DNA from: Celeribacter sp.
GTDB lineage: Bacteria; Pseudomonadota; Alphaproteobacteria; Rhodobacterales; Rhodobacteraceae
Assembly (NCBI RefSeq): GCF_048266405.1
Contig: NZ_JBLWZO010000003.1
Location: 202,016 to 266,015 of the forward strand
Length of the DNA stretch: 64,000 nucleotides
Direction of reading: 5' to 3'
In this document: one piece after another, positions 29,088 through 39,969 of the stretch
Layout of the letters: each line of letters starts with the position of its first letter
Numbering within the stretch: position 1 is the first letter of the stretch
Position numbers and translations under genes: made by a program
Notes under the pieces: generated by a model
Database searches by the model: none
What the model was told of the DNA's origin: nothing
What the model saw: the letters and a program-made list of their open reading frames with translations, nothing else

Positions 29088-29202
29088 GCTGCGACGATCC
29101 GCGCATCTCCCCGCGCCCCTTACCTACCGTTGACACCGCGCCCCTTTGCCCCTTAGCGTTCGCGCAAGGTCGGCCGCGAGTGTATGTGATGCCGGTAAAG
29201 AG

Positions 29203-29913
29203 CCTATGACACAAAATACCTTTTCAACCAAAGGCCTAACCAAAGTCTATGGGGAAGGACGCTCGCAGGTCCATGCCCTGCGCGGGGTTGATCTGGATAT
29301 CCCAGAGGGCGAGATCGTTGTGTTGCTCGGTCCCTCGGGCAGTGGCAAATCCACGCTGCTCAACATCATCGGCGGACTTGACCGTGCCACACAAGGCACG
29401 GCTTTTTTCCAAGATCAGAACCTCTCCGAGATGACGGACAAACAACTGACCCGTTACAGACGCGATCATGTCGGCTTTGTCTTTCAATTCTACAACCTGA
29501 TGCCAAGCCTGACAGCGCGGGAGAATGTCGAGCTTGTCACCGAGATTGCCCGCGATCCGATGGACCCCGACGACGCTCTCGCTTTGGTGGGGCTGCGCGA
29601 GCGGATGGATCACTTTCCCGCGCAACTCTCTGGCGGCGAACAACAACGCGTGGCCATTGCTCGCGCCGTGGCCAAACGTCCGACGGTGTTATTTTGCGAT
29701 GAACCGACAGGGGCGCTGGACAGCACCACGGGGCGGGCCGTTCTCAATGTCCTTAAGGACGTGAATGAAACGCTGGGCGCAACGGTTCTAATTGTCACCC
29801 ATGCCGCCAGTCAGGCCGCAATGGCCGACCGTGTGATCCATTTTGCCGACGGGGACATTCGCCGCGTCGAGGTCAATCACGACAAACGCCCTCCAGACGA
29901 GATTGAATGGTGA
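29203..29913 (+). CDS. ABC transporter ATP-binding protein (MacB/LolD/YbbA type)
   Basis: Walker [11 protein letters not shown]-loop FVFQFYNL, signature [14 protein letters not shown], Walker [12 protein letters not shown]. Start trimmed to [11 protein letters not shown]. Confidence 0.92.
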   Translation, partial: PMTQNTFSTKGLTKVYGEGRSQVHALRGVDLDIPEGEIVVLLGPSGSGKSTLLNIIGGLDRATQGTAFFQDQNLSEMTDKQLTRYRRDHVGFVFQFYNLMPSLTARENVELVTEIARDPMDPDDALALVGLRERMDHFPAQLSGGEQQRVAIARAVAKRPTVLFCDEPTGALDSTTGRAVLNVLKDVNETLGATVLIVTHAASQAAMADRVIHFADGDIRRVEVNHDKRPPDEIEW

Positions 29914-32273
29914 GCCCGCTTGATCATAAATTGCTGCGAGACCTGTGGCGGATGAAAGGTCAGGCCCTCGCCATTGGCGTGGTGATTGCCGTTGGCGTCG
30001 GCATGTTGGTGATGATGACGGGGCTTGTGACCTCGCTCAATGAGACCCGCGCCGCCTATTATGAGCGCTACCGTTTGGCCGATATTTTCGCGCCCGTCAC
30101 CCGCGCCCCTGACCATATAGCGGAGCGGTTGGCCGACATTACGGGCGTCAGCGCCGTTGAGCCACGTGTGACGGGCGGGGCCTTGATTGACTTGCCTGAT
30201 CGCAACCTGCCCGTGCAGGCCCAAGCCGTCTCCCTACCCGATCTGCGCAGCCCGCGTCTCAACGATGTGTATCTGACCGACGGGCGGATGATCGACAGCG
30301 ATCACAGCGACGAAATCCTGTTGCTGCACTCCTTTGCCAAGGCCCACGGGCTGCGTCCGGGAGATCAGCTTCACGCCACGATGAATGGCGCGAGGCGCAG
30401 CTTTAATATCGTCGGCCTCGCGCAAAGCCCTGAATATCTCTACGTCACGGCCCCCGGCGAATTGATTGCCGATGATGCCCGCTTTGGTGTCATCTGGATG
30501 AGCCGCTCGGCGCTGTCCGCGACCTATGACATGCAAGGCGCATTTAACGAGGCACTGTTGTCGCTGTCGCGCGGAGCCAATGAGCGCGCCGTTCTTGACG
30601 CTGCCGACCGCATTCTGGCCCCCTATGGCGGCACGGGTGCCTATCCGCTCGCCAATCAGACCTCCAACATGATTGTGAGCGAAGAGATTTCCGGTCTTGA
30701 GGCCACAAGCGCAGGTGTGCCGCCGATCTTTCTCGGTGTGGCGGCCTTCCTGCTCTACATCGTCATCAACCGCATGGTGCAGTCGGAGCGCGAAGAGATT
30801 GGCCTGATGAAGGCCTTTGGCTACACCAACACCGAGGTCGGTGCGCATTATTTCAAGCTCGTGATGGCCATAGCCGTTGGCGGCGCTCTGGCGGGGTGTC
30901 TCATGGGTATCGCGGGCGGACGGGCATTGATCCAAGTCTATATCACCTACTTCAAATTCCCGTTTCTGGTGTTTCAACTCGACCCCGCCTCCTTTGTCAT
31001 CGGGGTCAGTGTCAGTATTGCTGCGGCTTCCGTGGGCGGCCTGTTGGTGCTGCGCAGTGTCTTTGCCCTCACCCCTGCGACCGCCATGCGTGCGCCTGCA
31101 CCCGCCGATTACAGCCGCACAGGACGATTGGGCCATGCGCTCAACAGATGGCTGGATCAGCCTTCGCGTATGGTGCTGCGCCGCATCACCCGACAGCCTG
31201 CGCGGATGGCAGGTGCCATGATCGGCATCGCCTGTGGCATGGCGCTAACCGTGTCGATGATCACCATCTACGCGGGGTTTGACCGCACCCTTGATCTGAC
31301 CTTCAACGTGATGGATCGCAGCGATGTAGCGGTCAGCTTTACCCATGCGGTCTCTGAGACGACCATTTTCGAACTGACACGCATGTCTGGCGTCATCTAC
31401 GTCGAACCCGTCCGCTATGTCCCTGCAGTCTTGCGCAACGGTCGTCTGACGCACCGCGGCGTCATCACGGGGCTAGACAAAGACGCGCGGCTCGCACGTG
31501 CACTTGACGCCAATTTGGACACTATTCCCCTGCCCCATAACGGAATCGTTCTCTCCACCGCGCTCGCCGATATCCTGAACATCCGCGCCGGCGATATGTT
31601 GACCGTCGAGGTGCGCGAAGGCCGCCAACCTGTGCTTCAGCTTCCCGTCGCAGGCGTGGCCGAAAGCCTGCTCGGAGCGCCCGCCTATATGGAGCGCGAC
31701 GCCCTCAACCGCGCCCTGCGCGAACCAAACCGCGTCTCGGGAGCCTATCTCACCATTGATACGGCACAGGCCCAACCCCTCTACGATGCCCTACAAGACA
31801 TGCCCACCGTCGCGGGCGTTAGCGTGAAATCACAAACCGAAGAAGCCTTTCATACCATGATGGACACGGGCACAGGGGCCATGCGCTATGTCATGGGGGC
31901 CATTGCCTTCATCATCACATTTGGCATCGTCTATAACGCCGCACGGATTGCCTACGCCGAACGGGCCCGCGATCTGGCCAGTCTGCGCGTCATTGGATTT
32001 ACCAAGGGCGAAGCTGCTTTTGTCCTCTTGGGCGAATTGGCGATTGTGACACTCGTGGCCCTGCCCGTCGGTGCCCTTATGGGCTACTATCTGTCCTTCG
32101 GGATCGCGGCGGGGTTTTCAAGCGAACTCTACCAGATCCCCGCCATGTTCGATGCTGAAAGCTACGGGTTCGCCGCTGTGGTAGTCATTGGCGCCGCGGT
32201 GGCCTCCGGATGGTTGGTCAAACGCGATATCGACCGTGCCGACTTGATTTCGGCACTAAAAACGAGAGAGTAA
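29907..32273 (+). CDS. ABC transporter permease with two FtsX/MacB-type modules (YbbP-like)
   Basis: 788 aa. The pattern of one N-terminal TM, a large periplasmic domain and three TM segments occurs twice. Overlaps the ATPase gene by 7 nt. Confidence 0.88.
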   Translation: MVSPLDHKLLRDLWRMKGQALAIGVVIAVGVGMLVMMTGLVTSLNETRAAYYERYRLADIFAPVTRAPDHIAERLADITGVSAVEPRVTGGALIDLPDRNLPVQAQAVSLPDLRSPRLNDVYLTDGRMIDSDHSDEILLLHSFAKAHGLRPGDQLHATMNGARRSFNIVGLAQSPEYLYVTAPGELIADDARFGVIWMSRSALSATYDMQGAFNEALLSLSRGANERAVLDAADRILAPYGGTGAYPLANQTSNMIVSEEISGLEATSAGVPPIFLGVAAFLLYIVINRMVQSEREEIGLMKAFGYTNTEVGAHYFKLVMAIAVGGALAGCLMGIAGGRALIQVYITYFKFPFLVFQLDPASFVIGVSVSIAAASVGGLLVLRSVFALTPATAMRAPAPADYSRTGRLGHALNRWLDQPSRMVLRRITRQPARMAGAMIGIACGMALTVSMITIYAGFDRTLDLTFNVMDRSDVAVSFTHAVSETTIFELTRMSGVIYVEPVRYVPAVLRNGRLTHRGVITGLDKDARLARALDANLDTIPLPHNGIVLSTALADILNIRAGDMLTVEVREGRQPVLQLPVAGVAESLLGAPAYMERDALNRALREPNRVSGAYLTIDTAQAQPLYDALQDMPTVAGVSVKSQTEEAFHTMMDTGTGAMRYVMGAIAFIITFGIVYNAARIAYAERARDLASLRVIGFTKGEAAFVLLGELAIVTLVALPVGALMGYYLSFGIAAGFSSELYQIPAMFDAESYGFAAVVVIGAAVASGWLVKRDIDRADLISALKTRE

Positions 32274-32278
32274 CTATT

Positions 32279-33511
32279 ATGGCTAAAGCGCAAAAACGAT
32301 CTCGCCTGATCCTGACAACCGTCACCGTGCTCTTGATAGCAGGGGCGTTGGCGACGGCGTTTTGGCCGAAACCAACGATGGTCGATATGGGAGTTGTCAC
32401 CCGCACGACCATGCGATTGACCATTGATGAGGAAGGCCGCACCCGCGTGCGCGACGCCTATGTCGTCTCCACCCCCGTGGCAGGACAGTTGCAGCGCGTT
32501 AGCGTCAAACCCGGCGATCCCGTGACCCAAGGCGAGACAATCGTGGCGCATATGCGTCCCGCCAATCCCGCCGCCCTTGATGTGCGCACCCGCGAGCAGG
32601 CGCTTGCCGCCGTCAATGCATCACAGGCCGCTTTGCGTGTCGCCCGCGCCGACCTGAATGCCGCTTTGGCGAACCGCGATCTGGCCGACACCGAACTGGC
32701 CCGCACCGAACAACTGTTCGAACGCGGGATTTCGAGCGATGCCGCCCTGGACCGCGCCCGCCAGACCGCCCGCGTGGCCCAAGCCAACGTCGATACCGCA
32801 CAGGCTGCGATCTCCATGCGCGAGGCTGAACTCGCCAATGCGCAAGCACAGTTGATCGACTTTGACGATCACGGCCTTGCCGCTGCCATCGGGACACACT
32901 CCGACGACATTCCGCTCTATGCCCCAACGGACGGACGCATCCTGCGCGTCATACAACAAAGCGAAACCTCGCTCCCCGCAGGCGCACCAATCATGGAGAT
33001 CGGAAATATTACCAATGACTTGGAGGTTGTTGTTAAACTTTTGTCGACAGATGCAGTTCAGGTCTCTGTGGGCGATCCCGTGGACATTGTCGACTGGGGC
33101 GGCCAAACAGACCTGCACGGCACCGTCACCCGCGTCGATCCCTTTGGCATCACCCAGTTTTCGGCGCTTGGCGTCCAAGAGCAGCGTGTCGATACAGTGA
33201 TCTCGCTCGTCAGCCCACCCGAAGATTATGCGGGCCTCGGCCACGGGTTTCGCGTCGAGGCGCAGATCATCGTCTGGCAGGCCGAGGACACGTTGACCGT
33301 TCCGGCAAGTGCGCTGTTTCGGCACGACGACGAATGGGTGGCGTTTGCGGTGAATGAAGGCACCGCACAATTACGCCCAGTTGAGATCGGACCCAATAAC
33401 GGCGTTCAGGCGCAGGTTCTCAGCGGCCTGTCCGAAGGCGACCGCGTTATCCTGTACCCCTCCTCTGGCGTGAGCGATGGCACGCGCGTTATCGAGCGCG
33501 TCATCAACTAA
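32279..33511 (+). CDS. HlyD-family periplasmic adaptor (membrane fusion protein)
   Basis: N-terminal TM anchor, lipoyl-like segments flanking a long coiled coil (AALRVARADLNAALANRDLADTELARTEQL...), and a beta-barrel C-terminus. Start trimmed to MAKAQKRSRL. Confidence 0.88.
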   Translation: MAKAQKRSRLILTTVTVLLIAGALATAFWPKPTMVDMGVVTRTTMRLTIDEEGRTRVRDAYVVSTPVAGQLQRVSVKPGDPVTQGETIVAHMRPANPAALDVRTREQALAAVNASQAALRVARADLNAALANRDLADTELARTEQLFERGISSDAALDRARQTARVAQANVDTAQAAISMREAELANAQAQLIDFDDHGLAAAIGTHSDDIPLYAPTDGRILRVIQQSETSLPAGAPIMEIGNITNDLEVVVKLLSTDAVQVSVGDPVDIVDWGGQTDLHGTVTRVDPFGITQFSALGVQEQRVDTVISLVSPPEDYAGLGHGFRVEAQIIVWQAEDTLTVPASALFRHDDEWVAFAVNEGTAQLRPVEIGPNNGVQAQVLSGLSEGDRVILYPSSGVSDGTRVIERVIN

Positions 33512-33566
33512 GCCCGCGCCTCTCCTCTGGCATCCCTGCGCCAAACCGCCTACATGTCGGGAGAGG

Positions 33567-34811
33567 ATGAGGAGACACCCGTTGCACAAAATCACTTTGC
33601 CCGAACGACCGAACTGGCGCGAACACGCACAAGAGGTGGGTTTTACCTTTGCCGATATGCACGGAGAACCCTATTGGGACGAAACCTCGGCCTATGCGCT
33701 GTCGCTTGAACAGATCGAAACGGATATCGAAGATCCCGCCACCGCTCTGCACACCATGTGCCGCGAGGCCGTGGGCCATATCCTGAACAGCGAGGAATTG
33801 CTCGACCGTCTGGCCATTCCCGAAGCGCACCGCGATCTGGTGGCGGAAAGCTGGCGTCGCGACGATCCCGAACTCTACGGGCGGTTCGACTTTGCCTATG
33901 ACGGCAACGGCCCCGCGAAACTGTTGGAATACAATGCCGACACGCCGACCTCGCTCTATGAAAGCGCGTCGTTTCAGTGGCAATGGTTTGAGGACCAACT
34001 GGCCGCAGGCGTCTTGCCCGAGGGCTCTGATCAGTTCAACGGCATCCACGAGGCGCTTGTCGCGCGGTTTGGCACGATGTTTGCCCCCGAAACCCAATTG
34101 CATTTCACCGCAGTCAGCGGCAATCCCGAGGATTACGCCACCGTAGAGGCCTTGGGCTGGGCCGCCCGCGAGGCCGGCTTGGGCGCGCATTACTGCGACC
34201 TTGAAAAAATCGCTCTGAGCGACGAGGGACAGTTTTTGGACGACGAGGACCGCGTGATCGGCACCCTGTTCAAACTCTACCCGTGGGAAGACCTGTTGCG
34301 CGACGATTACGCCGATCATATCGCGTCATCTCAATGCCTGTTCGTAGAGCCCGCATGGAAGGCGCTTTTGTCCAACAAGGGGCTGTTGCCTGTGTTGTGG
34401 CAGATGTTCGAAGGCCACCCGAACCTGCTGCCCGCCTTTTTTGAGGCCGATGTGCGCGACGCAATAGCGGGCCATGGTGCCGCGGCGGATCACGTGACCG
34501 AGGCCTTTGTGCGCGCTGCAGATGCGCTTCACGCGGGGCATGTGCGCAAACCGATCCTGTCACGCGAAGGCGCATCGGTGTCGATCCTCAAAGCGGGCAA
34601 GGTCATAGAGCAAGCGCAAAACACCGACTACGCCGAACATCCCCGCGTGCTCCAAGCCTACGCGCCCCTGCCCCAGTTTGACGGGTTTCGCCCCGTGATT
34701 GGCGCATGGATCGTCGGAGAGACTTGTGCGGGCATTGGCATCCGTGAGGATCAATCGCGCATCACGCAAGACCTCTCGCGGTTCAAACCGCACTTCATCA
34801 CACCCGAATAA
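33567..34811 (+). CDS. Glutathionylspermidine-synthase-like ATP-grasp protein (YgiC/YjfC family)
   Basis: Aligns by eye with E. coli YgiC along its length (ERPNWREHAQEVGFTFADMHGEPYWDE ... LLEYNADTPTSLYESASFQWQW). Start trimmed to Met31. Confidence 0.88.
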   Translation: MRRHPLHKITLPERPNWREHAQEVGFTFADMHGEPYWDETSAYALSLEQIETDIEDPATALHTMCREAVGHILNSEELLDRLAIPEAHRDLVAESWRRDDPELYGRFDFAYDGNGPAKLLEYNADTPTSLYESASFQWQWFEDQLAAGVLPEGSDQFNGIHEALVARFGTMFAPETQLHFTAVSGNPEDYATVEALGWAAREAGLGAHYCDLEKIALSDEGQFLDDEDRVIGTLFKLYPWEDLLRDDYADHIASSQCLFVEPAWKALLSNKGLLPVLWQMFEGHPNLLPAFFEADVRDAIAGHGAAADHVTEAFVRAADALHAGHVRKPILSREGASVSILKAGKVIEQAQNTDYAEHPRVLQAYAPLPQFDGFRPVIGAWIVGETCAGIGIREDQSRITQDLSRFKPHFITPE

Positions 34812-34847
34812 TCGCCCCTACGACCCCGACCTAAAGACAGGACTGTC

Positions 34848-35426
34848 ATGACCAAACGTTCAAAACGCGTCGCCATCGCCATTCTTGGTGCCACCGCTTT
34901 CACCCTCGCGGGGTGTCAGGAAGAGCAAGTGGACGCCCAAGCCTTTCCCGATCTGCAAAGCTGCACGGATCAGGCGACACAGGGTGGCATGTTCTCCGTA
35001 CAGGATTGCGAAATCGCCGTGGCTGAGGCCGAGACGCTGCACCTTGAGGCCGCACCGCGCTATGACAGTCTCGAAGTCTGCGAAGAGCAACACGGCGAAG
35101 GGGCCTGTGGCTCGGAAGCCGGAGCCACTCAGGGCGGATCAGGCAGCATCTTTATGCCGCTGCTCTCCGGCTATCTGATCGGCAGCATGTTGAGCAACCG
35201 CGCGGGCATGTCAGCGGGTCAGCCGCTCTATAAGACCAAAGGCGGCCAATACACCAACGCCGCCCGTACAAGCACGTTCTCTGGGAACTCTGGCGCAACA
35301 AAGTTGAGCACCTCACAGTTCAACCGCCCCGCGCCCACCGTCGGAAAAGCGCCAATGACCCGCGCCACGGCCGCCTCACGAGGCGGATTTGGCAAGAGCG
35401 GCACAGGGCGTGGCATTGGCGGCTAA
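34848..35426 (+). CDS. DUF1190 lipoprotein (YgiB/YjfM family)
   Basis: Lipobox LAGC, conserved Cys pattern, FMPLLSGYLIG segment and C-terminal RGGFG, as in E. coli YgiB. Confidence 0.85.
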   Translation: MTKRSKRVAIAILGATAFTLAGCQEEQVDAQAFPDLQSCTDQATQGGMFSVQDCEIAVAEAETLHLEAAPRYDSLEVCEEQHGEGACGSEAGATQGGSGSIFMPLLSGYLIGSMLSNRAGMSAGQPLYKTKGGQYTNAARTSTFSGNSGATKLSTSQFNRPAPTVGKAPMTRATAASRGGFGKSGTGRGIGG

Positions 35427-35529
35427 GACCCGCCGCGATTGCGCCCAATAGCGTAGGACCTCCACCTGCCACGCCGTTTTCAAATCGCACATATTTCAAT
35501 CAACTCAGGCTTATTTTTGGGCATACTTC

Positions 35530-35557
35530 GCAAAACGCCAAAATTTTTGGCGTTTGC
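35530..35557. promoter_or_regulatory. Near-perfect palindrome GCAAAACGCCAAAATTTTTGGCGTTTGC upstream of ureD
   Basis: The core AAACGCCAAAA-T-TTTTGGCGTTT is a perfect 11-1-11 dyad and contains CGCC-N9-GGCG. It lies 70-95 bp upstream of the ureD GTG. Confidence 0.4.
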
Positions 35558-35625
35558 AGTTCTGATCCTTGCCCCCTTCGGCAATCCTCGTCACGGCTTG
35601 ACTATTCAAGACAAATGAGGCTCCC

Positions 35626-36459
35626 GTGATCGCAGACCTTCCTCTGGAAACCAACGCTGTTTTCCAACGCGCCCGCGGCACATTGGACGTCAGCGCGGTG
35701 CGGGCGGCAGGCGACATAACCCGCTTGAAAAACCTGCGCCAACAGGGATCTTTCCGCGCCATTTTCCCGCGCCCGACAAACGACTCCATCGAGATGGTCA
35801 TCATCAACACGGCAGGCGGCGTCACGGGCGGCGACCAGTTCTCCACCACGATCACCGCCCATGAACGTGCCAAACTCAGCGTTACGACCCAAGCCGCCGA
35901 GCGCATTTACCGCGCCTCTAATGCAACCGCGGGCACGATCAAAACCAAACTGACAGTCGAAGATGGCGCGCAGCTCTATTGGCTGCCCCAAGAGACCATC
36001 CTGTTTGACGGCGCGAGGCTTCGCCGCAAGATCGACGTTGAACTCAATGAAAACGCGACATTTTTAATGCTTGAGCCTTTGGTGTTCGGGCGAGATGCAT
36101 CGGGCGAGATCCTGCGCTCGGGGGCGCTGACGGACCGCGTGTCGATCACTTCGGGCGGGCGTCCTGTCTATCTCGATGCCATCACGCTCGACGGCGACAT
36201 CACCGCGACCTTGGAGCGCAGCGCCTTGGCCAGCGGCGCGCGCGCAGTGGCCAATATCGTGCTTGTCTCCCCCCAAGCCGCGCTCCTGTGCGATGCGGTA
36301 CGGGCGTTACTGCCCACGACAGCCGGCGCGAGCCTGTTGTCCGAGACCACCCTCGTGATCCGCGTTCTGGCCCGCGACAGCTTTGTGCTGCGCCAATCCA
36401 TACTGCCGATCCTCACTCACCTCACCCATGCGACTGTTCCAAAGAATTGGAGGCTTTGA
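35626..36459 (+). CDS. ureD: Urease accessory protein UreD
   Basis: 277 aa with a GTG start and GAGG RBS. First gene of the urease cluster, with a UreD/UreH-like sequence. Confidence 0.85.
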   Translation: MIADLPLETNAVFQRARGTLDVSAVRAAGDITRLKNLRQQGSFRAIFPRPTNDSIEMVIINTAGGVTGGDQFSTTITAHERAKLSVTTQAAERIYRASNATAGTIKTKLTVEDGAQLYWLPQETILFDGARLRRKIDVELNENATFLMLEPLVFGRDASGEILRSGALTDRVSITSGGRPVYLDAITLDGDITATLERSALASGARAVANIVLVSPQAALLCDAVRALLPTTAGASLLSETTLVIRVLARDSFVLRQSILPILTHLTHATVPKNWRL

Positions 36460-36462
36460 CCC

Positions 36463-36765
36463 ATGCAACTGACCCCCCGCGAAAAAGACAAACTGCTCGT
36501 TGCTATGGCCGCCGAAGTGGCCCGAAAACGCTTGGCGCGTGGCGTGAAACTCAACTACCCCGAGGCTATGGCGCTGATCGCAGACGCAGTGGTCGAGGGT
36601 GCCCGCGATGGCCGCTCCGTCGCCGATATGATGGAGGCCGGCGCTCACGTCATCACCCGCGACCAATGCATGGAAGGCATCCCCGAGATGATCCACGACG
36701 TGCAGGTCGAGGCCACCTTTCCCGACGGCACCAAGCTCGTCACCGTTCACAACCCGATCCGCTAA
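36463..36765 (+). CDS. ureA: Urease gamma subunit
   Basis: 100 aa, [35 protein letters not shown], the canonical UreA sequence. Confidence 0.96.
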   Translation: MQLTPREKDKLLVAMAAEVARKRLARGVKLNYPEAMALIADAVVEGARDGRSVADMMEAGAHVITRDQCMEGIPEMIHDVQVEATFPDGTKLVTVHNPIR

Positions 36766-36776
36766 AGGAGCCCGCC

Positions 36777-37082
36777 ATGATCCCTGGAGAATTGTTTCCC
36801 GCCGCAGGTGAGCTAACCCTCAACGCAGGCCGCGAGGCCATCACAATTATGGTCGCCAACACCGGTGACCGCCCCGTGCAGGTGGGCAGCCACTACCATT
36901 TTGCCGAAAGCAACGCCGCTTTGGATTTTGACCGCGCGGCCGCCTATGGCCGCCGTCTCGATATCGCGCCGGGCACCGCCGTTCGGTTTGAACCGGGACA
37001 GCGCCGCGAAGTGAACCTGATCGAAATATCGGGCGCACGTCGCATTTTCGGGTTTAACAACACAGTCATGGGAGACCTCTGA
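36777..37082 (+). CDS. ureB: Urease beta subunit
   Basis: [44 protein letters not shown]. An internal start in the 36288-37082 ORF, with a GGAG RBS. Confidence 0.95.
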   Translation: MIPGELFPAAGELTLNAGREAITIMVANTGDRPVQVGSHYHFAESNAALDFDRAAAYGRRLDIAPGTAVRFEPGQRREVNLIEISGARRIFGFNNTVMGDL

Positions 37083-38821
37083 TGGCCGCTTCAATCAGTC
37101 GGGCCGATTACGCGGCCATGTTCGGCCCCACGGTCGGCGACAAACTCCGTCTCGCAGACACCGACCTCATCATCGAGGTCGAGCGCGATCTGACCGCCGA
37201 ACGTGCGGGCGGTGACGCGGGCCTATCCTACGGCGAAGAGGTCAAATTCGGCGGTGGCAAGGTGATCCGCGACGGGATGGGCCAGTCCCAAGCCACCCGC
37301 GCCCAAGGGGCCGTGGACACCGTCATCACCAACGCGCTGATCGTCGATCATACGGGCATCTACAAGGCGGACGTGGGCCTGCGCGGCGGGCGCATCCACA
37401 AGATCGGCAAAGCGGGCAATCCCGACACCCAACCCGGCGTGGATATCATCGTCGGCCCCGGCACGGAGGCCATCGCGGGCGAAGGGCGTATCCTGACCGC
37501 AGGCGGCTTTGACAGCCATATCCACTTCATCTGTCCGCAACAGATCGAGGACGCGCTGCATTCCGGCCTGACCACTATGCTTGGCGGCGGCACAGGTCCC
37601 GCGCACGGCACATTGGCCACCACCTGCACCCCCGGTCCGTGGCACATCGGACGGATGCTACAGGCAGCGGATGCCTTTCCGATGAACCTCGCCTTCGCGG
37701 GCAAGGGCAATGCCAGTCAGCCCGAAGCCTTGGTCGAGATGGTCAAAGGCGGCGCCTGTGCGCTCAAACTGCACGAGGATTGGGGCACCACCCCTGCCGC
37801 GATTGATTGCTGTCTCTCGGTGGCCGACGACATGGACGTGCAGGTGATGATCCATACCGACACGCTCAACGAGTCAGGATTTGTTGAAACCACCGTCGCT
37901 GCGATGAAGGGCCGCACGATCCACGCCTTTCACACCGAAGGCGCAGGCGGCGGGCACGCCCCCGACATCATTAAAATCTGTGGCGAGGAGCATGTCCTGC
38001 CCTCCTCCACCAACCCGACACGCCCCTATACCGTCAACACGCTCGAAGAACACCTCGACATGTTGATGGTTTGTCACCACCTCGACAAATCCATTCCAGA
38101 GGACGTGGCATTTGCCGAGAGTCGCATTCGTCGCGAAACGATTGCCGCCGAGGACATTCTCCACGACATGGGCGCGTTTTCGATCATTGCCTCGGACAGT
38201 CAGGCCATGGGGCGTGTGGGCGAAGTCTTGATCCGCACATGGCAAACCGCTGATAAGATGAAGAAACAACGCGGGCGACTGTCGGAGGAGACGGGCGACA
38301 ACGACAATTTCCGCGTGCGCCGCTACATCGCAAAATATACCATCAACCCCGCGATTGCGCATGGCATCAGCCGTGAGATTGGCTCGATCGAGGAAGGCAA
38401 ACGCGCCGATCTGGTGCTTTGGAACCCCGCGTTCTTTGGCGTGAAACCCGAAATGGTCCTGATGGCGGGCACGATTGTCTGCGCTCAAATGGGCGACCCC
38501 AATGCCTCGATCCCGACGCCGCAACCCGTCTATTCGCGCCCGATGTTTGGCGCTTACGGGCGCTCCGTCGAACACTCCGCTGTGTGCTTTGTCTCCGGGG
38601 CGGCCCAAGCCGACGGCATCCGCGACACGCTCGGATTGGCCAAACAAACCGTCGCGGTGGAAAACACCCGCAACATCGGCAAGTCCGACCTGATGCTCAA
38701 CACCGCTACCCCGCATATGGAGGTGAACCCCGAAACCTACGAAGTGCGCGCAGACGGCGAGCTTCTGACCTGTGAACCTGCCACGGAGCTTCCGATGGCC
38801 CAACGGTATTTCTTGTTCTAA
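37082..38821 (+). CDS. ureC: Urease alpha subunit
   Basis: 579 aa with motifs [27 protein letters not shown] and [12 protein letters not shown]. The start overlaps the ureB stop. Confidence 0.97.
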   Translation: MAASISRADYAAMFGPTVGDKLRLADTDLIIEVERDLTAERAGGDAGLSYGEEVKFGGGKVIRDGMGQSQATRAQGAVDTVITNALIVDHTGIYKADVGLRGGRIHKIGKAGNPDTQPGVDIIVGPGTEAIAGEGRILTAGGFDSHIHFICPQQIEDALHSGLTTMLGGGTGPAHGTLATTCTPGPWHIGRMLQAADAFPMNLAFAGKGNASQPEALVEMVKGGACALKLHEDWGTTPAAIDCCLSVADDMDVQVMIHTDTLNESGFVETTVAAMKGRTIHAFHTEGAGGGHAPDIIKICGEEHVLPSSTNPTRPYTVNTLEEHLDMLMVCHHLDKSIPEDVAFAESRIRRETIAAEDILHDMGAFSIIASDSQAMGRVGEVLIRTWQTADKMKKQRGRLSEETGDNDNFRVRRYIAKYTINPAIAHGISREIGSIEEGKRADLVLWNPAFFGVKPEMVLMAGTIVCAQMGDPNASIPTPQPVYSRPMFGAYGRSVEHSAVCFVSGAAQADGIRDTLGLAKQTVAVENTRNIGKSDLMLNTATPHMEVNPETYEVRADGELLTCEPATELPMAQRYFLF

Positions 38822-39330
38822 TGGCTGATTTTACATCCCACACCATCCGCAAGGCGGGTGACTGGAGCGATGCGCTCACCCACTGCGTCTTGAGCTACGA
38901 GGACCGCTTTTTGCGCCGCAAAGTTCTCACGGCGGCGAACGGCAAGTCTCTCCTCGTCGATCTTGCGCACACCACCTCACTGGATCATGGCGACGCCTTC
39001 GAAGTGTCCGACGGACAGGTGATCGAAGTAATCGCGGCAGATGAGCCGCTATTGGAAATCACAGGCAATCTGGTGCAACTGGCGTGGCACATCGGCAATC
39101 GCCACACGCCATGTCAGATCGAACCCACGCGGCTTTTGATCCAGAATGATCCCGTCATTGGCCATATGCTCGAACATCTCGGCGCGACAGTGACCCCTGT
39201 CACCGCCCCCTTCACACCCGAGGGCGGTGCCTATGGCCACGGGCGCACGCACGCCCATGCCCACGGCGCAACGGCCCATGCGCCCCATGACCACGGCGCT
39301 CACACGCACGACCACAGCCATGACCATTGA
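38821..39330 (+). CDS. ureE: Urease accessory protein UreE
   Basis: 169 aa with a conserved GNRH motif (HIGNRHTP) and a His-rich C-terminal tail [30 protein letters not shown]. Confidence 0.9.
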   Translation: MADFTSHTIRKAGDWSDALTHCVLSYEDRFLRRKVLTAANGKSLLVDLAHTTSLDHGDAFEVSDGQVIEVIAADEPLLEITGNLVQLAWHIGNRHTPCQIEPTRLLIQNDPVIGHMLEHLGATVTPVTAPFTPEGGAYGHGRTHAHAHGATAHAPHDHGAHTHDHSHDH

Positions 39331-39958
39331 CGTTTTGACCCTGTCACAACTGCTGTCGCCCGCCTTTCCCGTGGGGGCCTTTGCCTATTCGCACGGGCTG
39401 GAAAGCGCCATCCACGACGGTGCGATCACATCGGCGACAACGTTACAGGCGTGGCTGTCGGACCTGCTTGATTTTGGCGGGACGCGTTCGGATGCGGTGT
39501 TGCTCAACGCCGCCTATGGCGCTGATCCTGCGGAGCTTTCGCGGATCGACGCGCAGGCCCGCGCCTTTTCCGCCTCTGCCGAGCGCCTCATGGAAACCGA
39601 CCTGCAAGGGGCAGCTTTTTGCGACACGGTCCGCGCCGTTTGGGATTTGGACCTAGGTCAATTGTGTTATCCCGTCGCCGTGGGCCACGCGGCCGCCAAA
39701 CTGGACCTCGACGTGGAACTGACCACCGCGCTCTATCTACAGGCCTTTATCGGCAATCTGTGCGCTGCGGCCATGCGGTTGGTGCCATTGGGACAAGTCG
39801 ACGGGCAAAAGACCCAAGCCGCGCTCAAACCCGCCTGTGTCGCCCTCGCCGCACAGTTGCGCGGGGCCACCACAGACGATCTGCACAACTGCGCGTGGCT
39901 CTCGGATATCGCCGCCATGCGCCACGAAACCCAGTATTCACGCGTCTTTCGCACGTAA
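39320..39958 (+). CDS. ureF: Urease accessory protein UreF
   Basis: [19 protein letters not shown]-terminal motif. Start trimmed to Met32, overlapping ureE by 11 nt. Confidence 0.88.
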   Translation: MTIDVLTLSQLLSPAFPVGAFAYSHGLESAIHDGAITSATTLQAWLSDLLDFGGTRSDAVLLNAAYGADPAELSRIDAQARAFSASAERLMETDLQGAAFCDTVRAVWDLDLGQLCYPVAVGHAAAKLDLDVELTTALYLQAFIGNLCAAAMRLVPLGQVDGQKTQAALKPACVALAAQLRGATTDDLHNCAWLSDIAAMRHETQYSRVFRT

Positions 39959-39969
39959 AAGGACTAGCC

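Noticed and set aside
36288-36776. Long N-terminal extensions of the ORFs containing ureB (36288), ureG (39619), hmuV (51774), ureF (39227), urtC (to 43343), dgoK (to 21071) and both sugar permeases
   Set aside because: The extensions overlap the preceding genes in another frame and are Arg/Pro-rich. Internal starts give canonical N-termini such as MIPGE for UreB and [21 protein letters not shown] for UreG, with RBSs and ATGA-type coupling.
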